A model generated the notes under the pieces. That model saw only the letters and a list, made by a program, of their open reading frames with translations, was not told the DNA's origin and searched no databases. A DNA stretch of 29,662 nucleotides. Source: an uncultured Chloroflexia bacterium. GTDB taxonomy: Bacteria; Chloroflexota; Dehalococcoidia; DSTF01; JALHUB01. Within the stretch, counting starts at the first letter, position 1. Each line of letters starts with the position of its first letter. This document shows, in pieces, positions 19,785 to 27,556 of this stretch. Made by a program: the position numbers and the translations under genes. The stretch lies in the NCBI GenBank assembly GCA_963726245.1, contig CAVSBT010000032.1, forward strand, positions 1-29,662, given 5' to 3'.

Positions 19785-20300
19785 ATGGTCCCTGGAAAGA
19801 GCTCTTCTGATCAGGTCGGCGCTCTGGATAGCCTCCTGCGCTTCCCCACCGATACCCTGCGTGCGGCCTTCAAGCGCCTCAACTGGCTGATGGTCGGGAT
19901 GTTCCACCTTGGGCTGGGCCCTTACGTCAGCGACTCCTATACTGGCTACATCATGGTGCTTGCCACCACCGGCCGCAAGAGCGGCCTGCTGCGCTGTACG
20001 CCCGTCAACTTCGTCATGGGCGATGGCAAGGTCTGCTGCCTCTCCGGGTTCGGCCGCAGGTCTGATTGGTACGAGAGTATCCTCGCCGACCCCCAAGTAC
20101 AGGTCTGGATCGGAAGCGAGGGCTGGATGGGACACGCCGAGGTGATAGAGGACCCGGCGGGGGTGGCTGGCCCGCGCGAGCCCAGGGGACAACCTGAGGG
20201 CGAGGCTGCGGGTGCGGAGGGGCCGGCCTTCCTTGGGCGCATGGTGCCCCAAGTTGACAGCGGGTGTAGAATTGACGCAGTTATCTCGCCCAATGCGTGA
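19785..20300 (+). CDS. Deazaflavin (F420)-dependent nitroreductase-family protein (DUF385), C-terminus probably degenerate
   Basis: VLATTGRKSG..RCTPVN and SDWY..ILADPQV motifs; sequence after EDP is low-complexity and unlike the family. Confidence 0.65.
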   Translation: MVPGKSSSDQVGALDSLLRFPTDTLRAAFKRLNWLMVGMFHLGLGPYVSDSYTGYIMVLATTGRKSGLLRCTPVNFVMGDGKVCCLSGFGRRSDWYESILADPQVQVWIGSEGWMGHAEVIEDPAGVAGPREPRGQPEGEAAGAEGPAFLGRMVPQVDSGCRIDAVISPNA

Positions 20301-20309
20301 CGTGTCCTC

Positions 20310-21665
20310 ATGAGATTCCTCCTTCTGATTCCGCCTGTTGTTGCCCTTCTCTTTGTCGCGCTGGCGTGTGAGGAAGAAGGACCAGGGGCCACCTCAGCGC
20401 CTACTCCAGTGGGACTCCTGCTATGCCGTATTCGTTGATCTACTACGATGGCCACATACACACGACCCGGTCCGACGGCACGGGCTCGGTGGAAGACGTG
20501 AAGGCGACCGCACTTCGCCGCGGCCTCAGCCTGGTCATCATCACCGACCACTGCGGGGAATTGACGAGAGAGAAGTGGGAGTCGCTGGTTGCCGACACCG
20601 CTGCCGCGTCGGAGCCCGGCACCTTCCTCGCCCTGCCCGGCTTCGAGATCACGGGTAACGAGGGCATATTCAACCGCTCACACATGCTCGCCTTCAACGT
20701 TGCGGACCCCTTCGTCGGTGACGACGCCAACGAGCTCTGCCCTGAGGAGGTGTGGCCGGATCCGCCTAACCCGGCCGGCACCGGCCCCAGCAGTACCCGG
20801 AGAACCTGGCAAAGTGGGCCGACTACGTTCACTCCAACGGCGGAATCGCCGTGCACTGCCACACGTCAGGCTCCACCCTGCTCGCGATACGGCGTGGACA
20901 GCCATCGAGGTCTACAACCAGAGCCCATCGATGACATCTTTCGCTACGCGAAGCTGCTCGGCTTCTCGGACGAAGCAGGCGCTGGCGTTCGCGAAGACGC
21001 TGAACGACATTGGCCTCACCGGCGAGAGGGACCTGAACAAGCCGGTTGCTCTTGGGGGCCAGTCGGTGCCCCTGAGGGAGGCCGTCCACTCCGCCACCGA
21101 GATGCTGACCGGCGTCGGCCAGTGGCTGGGCGCGCCCGAGGCGCCCGTGAAGTCCTGGGACCAGCTTCTGATGGCCTACGTGGACGGCACCACCGACAAG
21201 CCCATCTTCGGCGTTGCCAACAGCGACGCCCACAACACCGCCGATCCCGACTCGACAGTGGGCGTGGCGAAGAACGGCCTCTACGTGAAGGCGCTGACCG
21301 CGGAGGAGGTCTACGCGGCCATCAAGGCAGGACGCAGCTTCGCCACCACCGGGCCGTCCCTCGCTTTCGACGTCAACGGGGAGCTTATGGGAGGTACCGC
21401 CCACATAGCCAGCGGCGGGTCGGCCAAGCTGAACCTAAGGGTGAGCTCCGAGAGCGCGACCGCCATACTGGTCAAGATAGACATCATCAAGAACGGCGAG
21501 CTCTGGCAGACGATCAGCCCCATGCAGCCTGTCTACGAAGACACCCTGGTCGATGACAGTGTGAGGGAAAACGGCTACTACCGTGTTGAGGTTACGTCGC
21601 AGGACCAGCCCAGCGGCCCCTACTACTATGCCTGGTCCAACCCAGTCTCCGTGAGCGCCCCCTAA
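20310..21665 (+). CDS. Secreted PHP-domain (CehA/McbA-like) lipoprotein, several frameshifts
   Basis: ATG 20310 gives MRFLLLIPPVVALLFVALA-C (lipobox), absent from the ORF track; then DGHIHTTRSDG, IITDH, GFEIT, HMLAF, IEVYN, ANSDAH, AIKAGRSFATTGP, AWSNPV. Confidence 0.75.
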
Positions 21666-21695
21666 GGATCCATAGAGGAAGACGACAGAGGAGCC

Positions 21696-21720
21696 ATAGC
21701 AGGGTGCTTGGCCCTGCTAT
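21696..21720. terminator. 9-bp hairpin ATAGCAGGG-N7-CCCTGCTAT between convergent genes
   Basis: Perfect inverted repeat 30 bp after the PHP stop; no clear U-tract. Confidence 0.35.
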
Positions 21721-21730
21721 ATGCTACTGC

Positions 21731-21790
21731 TATCCTTCGGTGCTCGCGAAGATGGCGGTCACTGTCAATCACATCAGCGGCGGTCGCCTT
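21731..21790 (+). pseudogene. Short remnant of an LLM-class flavin/F420-dependent oxidoreductase
   Basis: Translates YPSVLAKMAVTVNHISGGRL, matching the luciferase-like family motif P..LAKMA.T.D.ISGGRL; no flanking gene body. Confidence 0.6.
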
Positions 21791-21854
21791 GGAGCGGCGT
21801 CGCAATCTCCACCGGCACGCGCGCCGGCCGCCGTTCAGTCTATCGCGAGCTAGG

Positions 21855-22803
21855 TCACATCTCTAAGGAAGCTGACGAGCCTGCGTTGACCTCTTCCGGG
21901 CGCTCTTGCTGCGTCCAGTGGCCGCAACCGGGGAGCATCACGACGCCTCGCAGGTTGGGCACGTTAGCCTGCATCGCCTCTATGCTCGTGAACCCACGCA
22001 CGGTGTCGCGGTCGCCCGCGATGAACAGCGCCGGCTGCTGAACCTTGGCGCCGGCCAGATGCGGCAGCTCCTCCCAGTCGCGGTCCATGTTGCGGTAGCG
22101 GTTGAGCCCGCCCCGAAAGCCGGTGCGCGTGAACTCGGCAACAAGGTAGTCTAGGTCCTCCTGCTCGAGCCATGGCGGCAGCTCTTCCGGCTCCGGCATC
22201 CCATCGAGGAATCCTGCGTCCGCTCGCCTTCTGTGACAGCCCGAGACCAGCGGGTGCGTCGCCCGAGGCTCCATACAGCACGAGGCGCAGCGTTCTGCGG
22301 ACATCCGCCTGGAGTTCCGCTTCGGCGACGCCGGGCTCTTGAAAGTACAGCATGTAGAAGAACCTGCCGGCGAACATCTGCTCCAAGAGCTGGAGCGGCG
22401 GTATCGGCGGGCGCGGTACGTAGGGGACGCTGAGCGCCACGATGGCTGGAAAGCGGTCGGGATAGAGGAGCGCGCAGTGCCAGGCGATAGGAGAGCCCCA
22501 ATCGTGGCCGACAATCACGGCCGTTTTCTCGCCGAGCGCGTCAAGCACGCCGACGGCGTCCGCCGTCATGTTCAGCATGCTGTAGGCCTCGATTTTCTCG
22601 GGCGCGTCGGTGCGGCCGTAGCCGCGAAGGTCCGGCGCAACAGCATGGTATCCAGCGGCCGCGAGCGCAGGAAGCTGGTGGCGCCAGGAGTACCACAGCT
22701 CCGGAAACCCATGAAGCAGCAGCACCAGCGGACCGTCCCCGGCCTCCGCGATGTGCACGTTGATGCCGTTGGCCTGTATCGCTCGGTGAGTGATGTTTGA
22801 CAC
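21855..22803 (-). CDS. Epoxide hydrolase (alpha/beta hydrolase, EphA-like), frameshift near 22230
   Basis: LLHGFPE, APDLRGYG, GHDWG (Asp nucleophile), FYMLYFQ, GGLNRYRN, CGHWTQQE. Confidence 0.9.
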
Positions 22804-22844
22804 GGCGCCTTCCTAGCTGTTGAGCGACCTGTTGGCCAGAGAGA

Positions 22845-23264
22845 TTAGCTGGCGCGCCGTCTCTTCGCCACAGGCTGCCGGCCGCTGCCCACCCGCTCGC
22901 GGATGAACTCACCGATCCGGTCAACGGCCTGCTGCCCTTCCGGCAATACCGAGGCGAAGATGTGCCAGACGTGGATCATGTCCTCCCACGGCTCCAAGGC
23001 AACATCCACGCCGGCGCACCTGGCGCGCTCGGCGAGGCGGGTTGAGTCATCGAGGAGCGTCTCCGCAGTGCCGACGTGGATCAGCAGTGGGGGGAGCCCC
23101 GTCAGGTCTGCGTACATCGGCGCCGCAAGAGGCGTGCGGGCGTTCGCACCACCCAGGTAGGCCTTTGCCATCTCGAGCAGGCCCTCCCGTTCTATTAGCG
23201 GGTCGACCTCCGCCTTTGCCGTCATGGACTCTCCTATTCCCTCCAGGTCTACCCATGGGGAGAG
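22845..23264 (-). pseudogene. C-terminal half of an HSL-family esterase/lipase, 5'-truncated
   Basis: LSPWVDLE...GLPPLLIHVGTAETLLDD...MIHVW; the frame hits TAG at 23288-23286 just upstream, with no HGG or GDSAG half. Confidence 0.8.
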
Positions 23265-24229
23265 ATCCAGAGGTACTGAAAGATCCTATATTCAAAGACA
23301 AAATGAAAGAAAGGAGTGCGAAAGCAAGAAATAGAGATGAATATATAGAAATGGTCATAAGTGAAAAAGACTTCTGGCTAAGCATGGACAGAAAATATCC
23401 AATCGGCAACAACATCATTTACTATGAAAATGCTCTTGGCGCAAAGCCATTCATTTTTGTCTTATCTCTCACGCCAAGATTATTCACAGGGTTTCCAGTT
23501 GAGCAAGCTACGGCAATCGCCCAAATGGGCGTTGTCCCGTATCTCAATGCAAGCCCTGGGTTTTACTTTTCGGCGAATACCGGATTTGGCGTCGATGAGA
23601 TTGCACAAGGTAGACGTGACAGTTTTATCAGAGAATTTGCTCTAAGCACTGCAACGTTTGGAAAGGAAAACGGAGGTTTCTTCTTTACAACAATGATCGA
23701 GTCTAATGGAAGGTGGTTTTACTGGGGGCAAGACCCCAACTTCATTCCGGCGTGGAGGCACATCTGGCAGATATTCGAAGATGAAGGAGTAAACCAATAT
23801 GCCACCTGGGTCTGGGAGGCATATTGCCCTGAAGGGGTACCAGGCTATGGGGATGATCCTGAATTATACTATCCGGGGGATAAGTACGTTGATTGGATAG
23901 GTCTCAATGCTTTCTCGGCAGTAAAAAAACCAAAAACAGATTATGCGCTTGATGTATTGATACACAGGACCTACAGACGCTTGCTTGACAAACACCCACA
24001 AAAGCCAATTATGCTATCAGAGTTTGGGAGAACAAATCGATCTGATCAAGCAGCCTGGTTGCAAAATGCTTACAGAGGCATAAAAAAGGATTTCCCGGCG
24101 ATTAAGGCCGCCACCTGTTATGACAATGCTACACCTGAGTGGTTCACAGGCGACCATACATTAAACCCGAAGAGCTTGGAAACGCTTAAAGAAATCTTCA
24201 AAGACCCGTATTGGGTAATGGGAAAATGA
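23255..24229 (+). CDS. Cassette 1: glycoside hydrolase family 26-like protein (probably 5'-truncated)
   Basis: IESNGRWFYWG, FIPAWRHIWQIF, TWVW, YYPGDKYVDWIG, KPIMLSEFG; AT-rich; the start is uncertain (ATG 23255 or 23303). Confidence 0.75.
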   Translation: MGRDPEVLKDPIFKDKMKERSAKARNRDEYIEMVISEKDFWLSMDRKYPIGNNIIYYENALGAKPFIFVLSLTPRLFTGFPVEQATAIAQMGVVPYLNASPGFYFSANTGFGVDEIAQGRRDSFIREFALSTATFGKENGGFFFTTMIESNGRWFYWGQDPNFIPAWRHIWQIFEDEGVNQYATWVWEAYCPEGVPGYGDDPELYYPGDKYVDWIGLNAFSAVKKPKTDYALDVLIHRTYRRLLDKHPQKPIMLSEFGRTNRSDQAAWLQNAYRGIKKDFPAIKAATCYDNATPEWFTGDHTLNPKSLETLKEIFKDPYWVMGK

Positions 24230-24233
24230 CAAG

Positions 24234-24297
24234 ACATAACAAGCGGCTCCACCGGATCGCCGATAAACCCGGCTCCCGGTGAGCCTTAGCGTTAGGC
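24234..24297 (+). other. attC site 1 (64 bp)
   Basis: R'' ACATAAC, L'' GCTCCACC, L' GGTGAGC, R' GTTAGGC. Confidence 0.92.
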
Positions 24298-24338
24298 CGT
24301 GACCGAATCTATTCACACCCGTAAGGAGATTTTCTGCA

Positions 24339-25085
24339 ATGGACATTCCACGGATCTTCAACATCACCGAAAGTGCTCACCGCATCCATAACCCATTCAC
24401 ACCCGAAAAGCTCGCCACTCTCGGCGCGGCGCTGCGTCTGGAAACGGGGACCCGAGTGCTCGACCTCGGCAGCGGTTCGGGGGAGATGCTGTGCACCTGG
24501 GCACGCGATTACGGAGTCATCGGCACCGGCATCGACATGAGCCAGTTGTTCACCGAGCAAGCGAAACTCCGCGCTGAAGAACTCGGCGTCGCCGATCAAG
24601 TCAAGTTCATCCATGGCGATGCTGCCGGCTACGTCTCTGACGAGAAGGTCGGTGTGGCAGCCTGTCTCGGTGCCACGTGGATCGCTGGGGGAGTCGTCGG
24701 CACCATCGAGCTTCTGGCGCAGAGCCTCCGCACCGGAGGGATCATCCTCATCGGCGAGCCCTACTGGCGGCAGTTACCGCCGACGGAAGATGTTGCCAAG
24801 GGGTGTCTTGCCGGCTCAATCTCCGACTTTCTCATGCTTCCAGAACTTCTCGCGTCTTTCGGCCACCTCGACTACGACGTCGTGGAAATGGTTTTGGCAG
24901 ACCAAGACGGCTGGGACAGATACGAGGCGGCCAAGTGGCTCACCATGCGCCGATGGCTTGAAGCCAATCCCGACGACGAGTTCGCGAAAGATGTTCGAGC
25001 CAAACTGACCTCGGAACCCGAGCGCTACGCCACTTACACGCGTGAATACCTGGGCTGGGGTGTGTTCGCGCTGATGACGCGGTGA
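24339..25085 (+). CDS. yjhP: Cassette 2: class I SAM-dependent methyltransferase, YjhP-like
   Basis: 248 aa, MDIPRIF...HRIHNPFT, VLDLGSGSGEMLCTWARD, GEPYWRQLP, DRYEAAKWLTMRRWLEANPDD; closely resembles E. coli YjhP as recalled; AAGGAG RBS. Confidence 0.88.
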   Translation: MDIPRIFNITESAHRIHNPFTPEKLATLGAALRLETGTRVLDLGSGSGEMLCTWARDYGVIGTGIDMSQLFTEQAKLRAEELGVADQVKFIHGDAAGYVSDEKVGVAACLGATWIAGGVVGTIELLAQSLRTGGIILIGEPYWRQLPPTEDVAKGCLAGSISDFLMLPELLASFGHLDYDVVEMVLADQDGWDRYEAAKWLTMRRWLEANPDDEFAKDVRAKLTSEPERYATYTREYLGWGVFALMTR

Positions 25086-25222
25086 TGCGTTGGGGCATCC
25101 GGCGGATTGTCAACGGCTGTGCCGCGCAACAGCTGGTGGCTCGCCGAGATGTGATTGCGCCTGAATTCATTTCTTATGGTCTAGTTATCCGTGCAATCAA
25201 CAGAAAGCTCTGTCTCAAGCAG

Positions 25223-25282
25223 GCCTAACAATTCATTCAAGCCGACGCCGCTTCGCGGCGCGGCTTAATTCAGGCGTTAGCC
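25223..25282 (+). other. attC site 2 (60 bp, aadA/aadB-type)
   Basis: GCCTAACAATTCATTCAAGCCGACGCCGCTTCGCGGCGCGGCTTAATTCAGGCGTTAGCC. Confidence 0.97.
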
Positions 25283-25303
25283 CAAAATGAGAGGAGATAA
25301 AAA

Positions 25304-25597
25304 ATGGAATGTATTATCATTATTCATCCACCAAAGGTACGGTACACCGAGAACTTTGAGACCGTTGAATACGTAAAATGCGTATCCAATCTATCAAAAT
25401 TACAAAAGCAGCATACAAACTGGAAATTGTTAGCAGAAAACACTCTGATGCTAACAGGAGTCGACGTATTAGGTATGCTTCAGGATGTGGTTGAAATCCT
25501 CCCGGAAGGGACGATCTATACTTACACAATATTGAACGAACAACCTCAATGGATTGATAAGGAAAAAGTAATACTCGATAAAAAAATCTTGGCCTAA
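25304..25597 (+). CDS. Cassette 3: hypothetical protein (97 aa)
   Basis: GAGGAG RBS; the ORF fills the space between attC2 and attC3; no recognisable motif. Confidence 0.7.
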   Translation: MECIIIIHPPKVRYTENFETVEYVKCVSNLSKLQKQHTNWKLLAENTLMLTGVDVLGMLQDVVEILPEGTIYTYTILNEQPQWIDKEKVILDKKILA

Positions 25598-25627
25598 CAC
25601 ACATAATCACCTCCATAAATTAAGATG

Positions 25628-25691
25628 GGCTAACAAATCATTGGAGTTGACGGTCAACAAACCTGACCGCAACTCAATTCAGTCGTTGGGG
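25628..25691 (+). other. attC site 3 (64 bp)
   Basis: R'' GGCTAAC, stem TTG(G)AGTTG(A)CGGTCA / TGACCGCAACTCAA, R' GTTGGGG. Confidence 0.92.
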
Positions 25692-25697
25692 GTAGGT

Positions 25698-26171
25698 ATG
25701 AACGTAAAAGGGAATATCATAAAAGCAAATATCACAATGCCAGCAATCGAGATCAAACCTCCTTCTCCGTCACTAAGTTTTTTAACGGCAGCTCGATACT
25801 TCTTCCCAGGAGTTAGGACATTATCCCAGGGAGATCCAACTGTTGCGATTGCATGTACATTTCTTGCTGCACAGACTCTCGAATGTGCCTTGAAAGCATA
25901 TTTGTCCAATGCAGGCGTTCCCATAAAAGAACTGAAAAACAAGAAGAGTTACGGCCATAATCTTGAGGCATTATGGGTAGGGGCAGCAACCAAGGGATTA
26001 GCAGTACAACCGCAGCCACCAGATTGGTGCGTTATTCTCAATCAAACCCATGATGATCCATATTATCTTCGCTATCCGATAGGAATTAACGGTTTCCAAT
26101 ATCCAGCCTTCTCCGTGATGGTGCCAGAGCTAAGTAAACTCATCGACCTAGTAGGATCTATCGTAAGGTGA
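25698..26171 (+). CDS. Cassette 4: HEPN-domain-like protein (157 aa)
   Basis: FLAAQTLECALKAYL...GHNLEAL...LRYP matches the HEPN pattern (E..LKA, H.L..L, RY); the true start is ATG 25698, after attC3. Confidence 0.65.
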   Translation: MNVKGNIIKANITMPAIEIKPPSPSLSFLTAARYFFPGVRTLSQGDPTVAIACTFLAAQTLECALKAYLSNAGVPIKELKNKKSYGHNLEALWVGAATKGLAVQPQPPDWCVILNQTHDDPYYLRYPIGINGFQYPAFSVMVPELSKLIDLVGSIVR

Positions 26172-26191
26172 GTAAATTCATGAAAAAGGTA

Positions 26192-26279
26192 CCCCAACAA
26201 CCGGCTTGACCTGACCGCGAGAAGCGAGGTTATCTGAAGGTCACCGCCTTGTCGCGTCAGGTCAGCCGGAACGTTATCT
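26192..26279 (+). other. attC site 4 (88 bp)
   Basis: R'' CCCCAAC, stem CGGCT(T)GACCTGAC(C)GCGA / TCGCGTCAGGTCAGCCG, R' GTTATCT. Confidence 0.92.
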
Positions 26280-26313
26280 GCCATAGCCCAAAATGGGCAG
26301 AAAGGAGATTGAC

Positions 26314-27065
26314 ATGAAAAGCACAACGGAAATCACTAAGCTTCCTCGGAAGTTCGCATGGGGATCGGTCGTGCTCGGGTTAACACTCTCGTTGGCATTT
26401 TACTCCGCTCCGGCCCTGGCCTACGAACCATTTCTGATCACTTCTCCACCTGAGGGTTCCGCTATCCCTCAGGAATTCCTTTTACGATCTTGTGGACAGG
26501 AGGAGACCCATCGTGGAATGTCAAAGTCGCGCTGGTTGACGTAGATCAATGGAGTGTCGTTGCCGTTCCAGCTACGAACATGCAGAATAGTGGGAGTCTC
26601 ATCTGGGAGTTCCCGTCGAGCTTTTACGGCAACCCCGGCCCGTGTGGGCGCACATACCAATTCTACGTGGAGAGCCTCAATCAACCGGCTTGGACGTATG
26701 GCCCACACTTCCTGGTTGTTTGCGAGATCCCAATTGCCATGAGCATTGAGCCCGGCAGCTTCCCGAACAGCATTAACCCTAGAAGCAGGGTGATCCCGGT
26801 GGCCATCCTGACAACCGATACCTTCGATGCAACCTCCGTCGACACTTCCACCGTTTTCTTTGGCCCAACTGGGATTGAAGCGGCTCCGGTGCATGCGGCC
26901 ATAGAGGATGTCAATGGAGATGGTAGACCCGATATGATCCTTCACTTCAAGACCCAGGCCACGGGCATCCAATGTGGGGACACATCCGCCTTCCTCACGG
27001 GACAGACCTTTAGCAGGCAGCCGATCGAGGGGTCTAATTCTATCAATACGGTCGGATGCAAGTAA
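26314..27065 (+). CDS. Cassette 5: secreted protein (~250 aa, frameshift near 26475) with a C-terminal DVNGDG Ca-binding-motif domain
   Basis: AAGGAG RBS; signal peptide ending APALA; ITSP...WTGG beta-rich domain; IEPGSFPNSINP..VIPVAILTT...EDVNGDGRPDMILHFKTQ. Confidence 0.7.
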
Positions 27066-27100
27066 CGAGGTTACCATAACACCATGGAATTGACGATGGC

Positions 27101-27162
27101 AGATAGCAACCACTTCGAGAGGGACGCCTAAAAAACGGCGCCCTTCAAGCGAAGCGTTATGA
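27101..27162 (+). other. attC site 5 (62 bp; R'' is AGATAGC instead of AGATAAC)
   Basis: ATGGCAGATAGC is the inverse of the cassette's core GTTATCTGCCAT with one mismatch; stem GGG(A)CGCC / GGCGCCC; R' GTTATGA. Confidence 0.8.
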
Positions 27163-27178
27163 GAGAAATAAAGACAAT

Positions 27179-27490
27179 ATGAAATCAATTTGGTCCAAAA
27201 GTCTGGCTGTTGCGGCCTTAGCACTAATTGTGGGTGGGGCTGCACTTCTAAACATCTATCCCTATCGACCCCGGTCAACAATTGGCTGGTGCCTGTTGTT
27301 CATCCTGGCTCTCCCCCTCTGGTTTTTCTTTGAATTTGTCGGGGAACGTTTCACTGCTTCGAGATTTATCGCCAGTCTCAGTCCAGCCGCAAGAATTACC
27401 TTTGGTGTCTTGATTGTTGGTGGATTTGTGCTGCTCACACTTGTGGCTTTCAGTTTTCTGGAGCCCTTTATCAGTAAATGGAGTTCATAA
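27179..27490 (+). CDS. Cassette 6: small membrane protein (103 aa, ~3 TM)
   Basis: Three hydrophobic stretches; the TAA stop lies inside R'' of attC6. Confidence 0.8.
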   Translation: MKSIWSKSLAVAALALIVGGAALLNIYPYRPRSTIGWCLLFILALPLWFFFEFVGERFTASRFIASLSPAARITFGVLIVGGFVLLTLVAFSFLEPFISKWSS

Positions 27491-27547
27491 CAAGTCGGTG
27501 CACCGGATCGCCGATAAATCCGGCTCCCGGTGACCTTTTCGTTGGAC
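27485..27547 (+). other. attC site 6 (63 bp, same family as attC1)
   Basis: R'' TCATAAC, L'' GGTGCACC, L' GGTGACC, R' GTTGGAC. Confidence 0.92.
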
Positions 27548-27556
27548 GGAGGAAAT

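Noticed and set aside
20254-20272. TTGACA and TAGAAT upstream of the PHP lipoprotein as a promoter
   Set aside because: The boxes are only 7 bp apart, which is not a valid sigma70 spacing.
23042-23254. N-terminal 71 aa of the 395-aa ORF as part of the GH26 protein
   Set aside because: This is the antisense of the esterase remnant; Pro/Gly/Arg-rich and compositionally unlike the rest of the ORF.
1-23255. Integron integrase, transposase, rRNA or intact tRNA genes
   Set aside because: No tyrosine recombinase (R...HxxR...Y), DDE or HUH motifs, and no complete cloverleaf or rRNA signature was seen.
23264-23267. GATC at the junction as evidence of a Sau3AI cloning chimera or an integrase secondary site
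   Set aside because: A 4-mer is expected by chance (another lies at 23282), and no cassette core TTATGT follows the G.
25591-25598. GGCCTAAC at the cassette 3 stop as an attC start
   Set aside because: It does not complement the cassette's core GTTAGCC and no L box follows; the real R'' is at 25628.
25641-25697. ORF-track starts at 25641 and 27530
   Set aside because: They lie inside attC sites; the ATGs at 25698 and 27557, after the core sites, are preferred.
27074-27110. CCATAAC (27074) or TAGCAAC (27104) as R'' of attC5
   Set aside because: Wrong spacing to L'' and not complementary to GTTATCT; AGATAGC fits both criteria.
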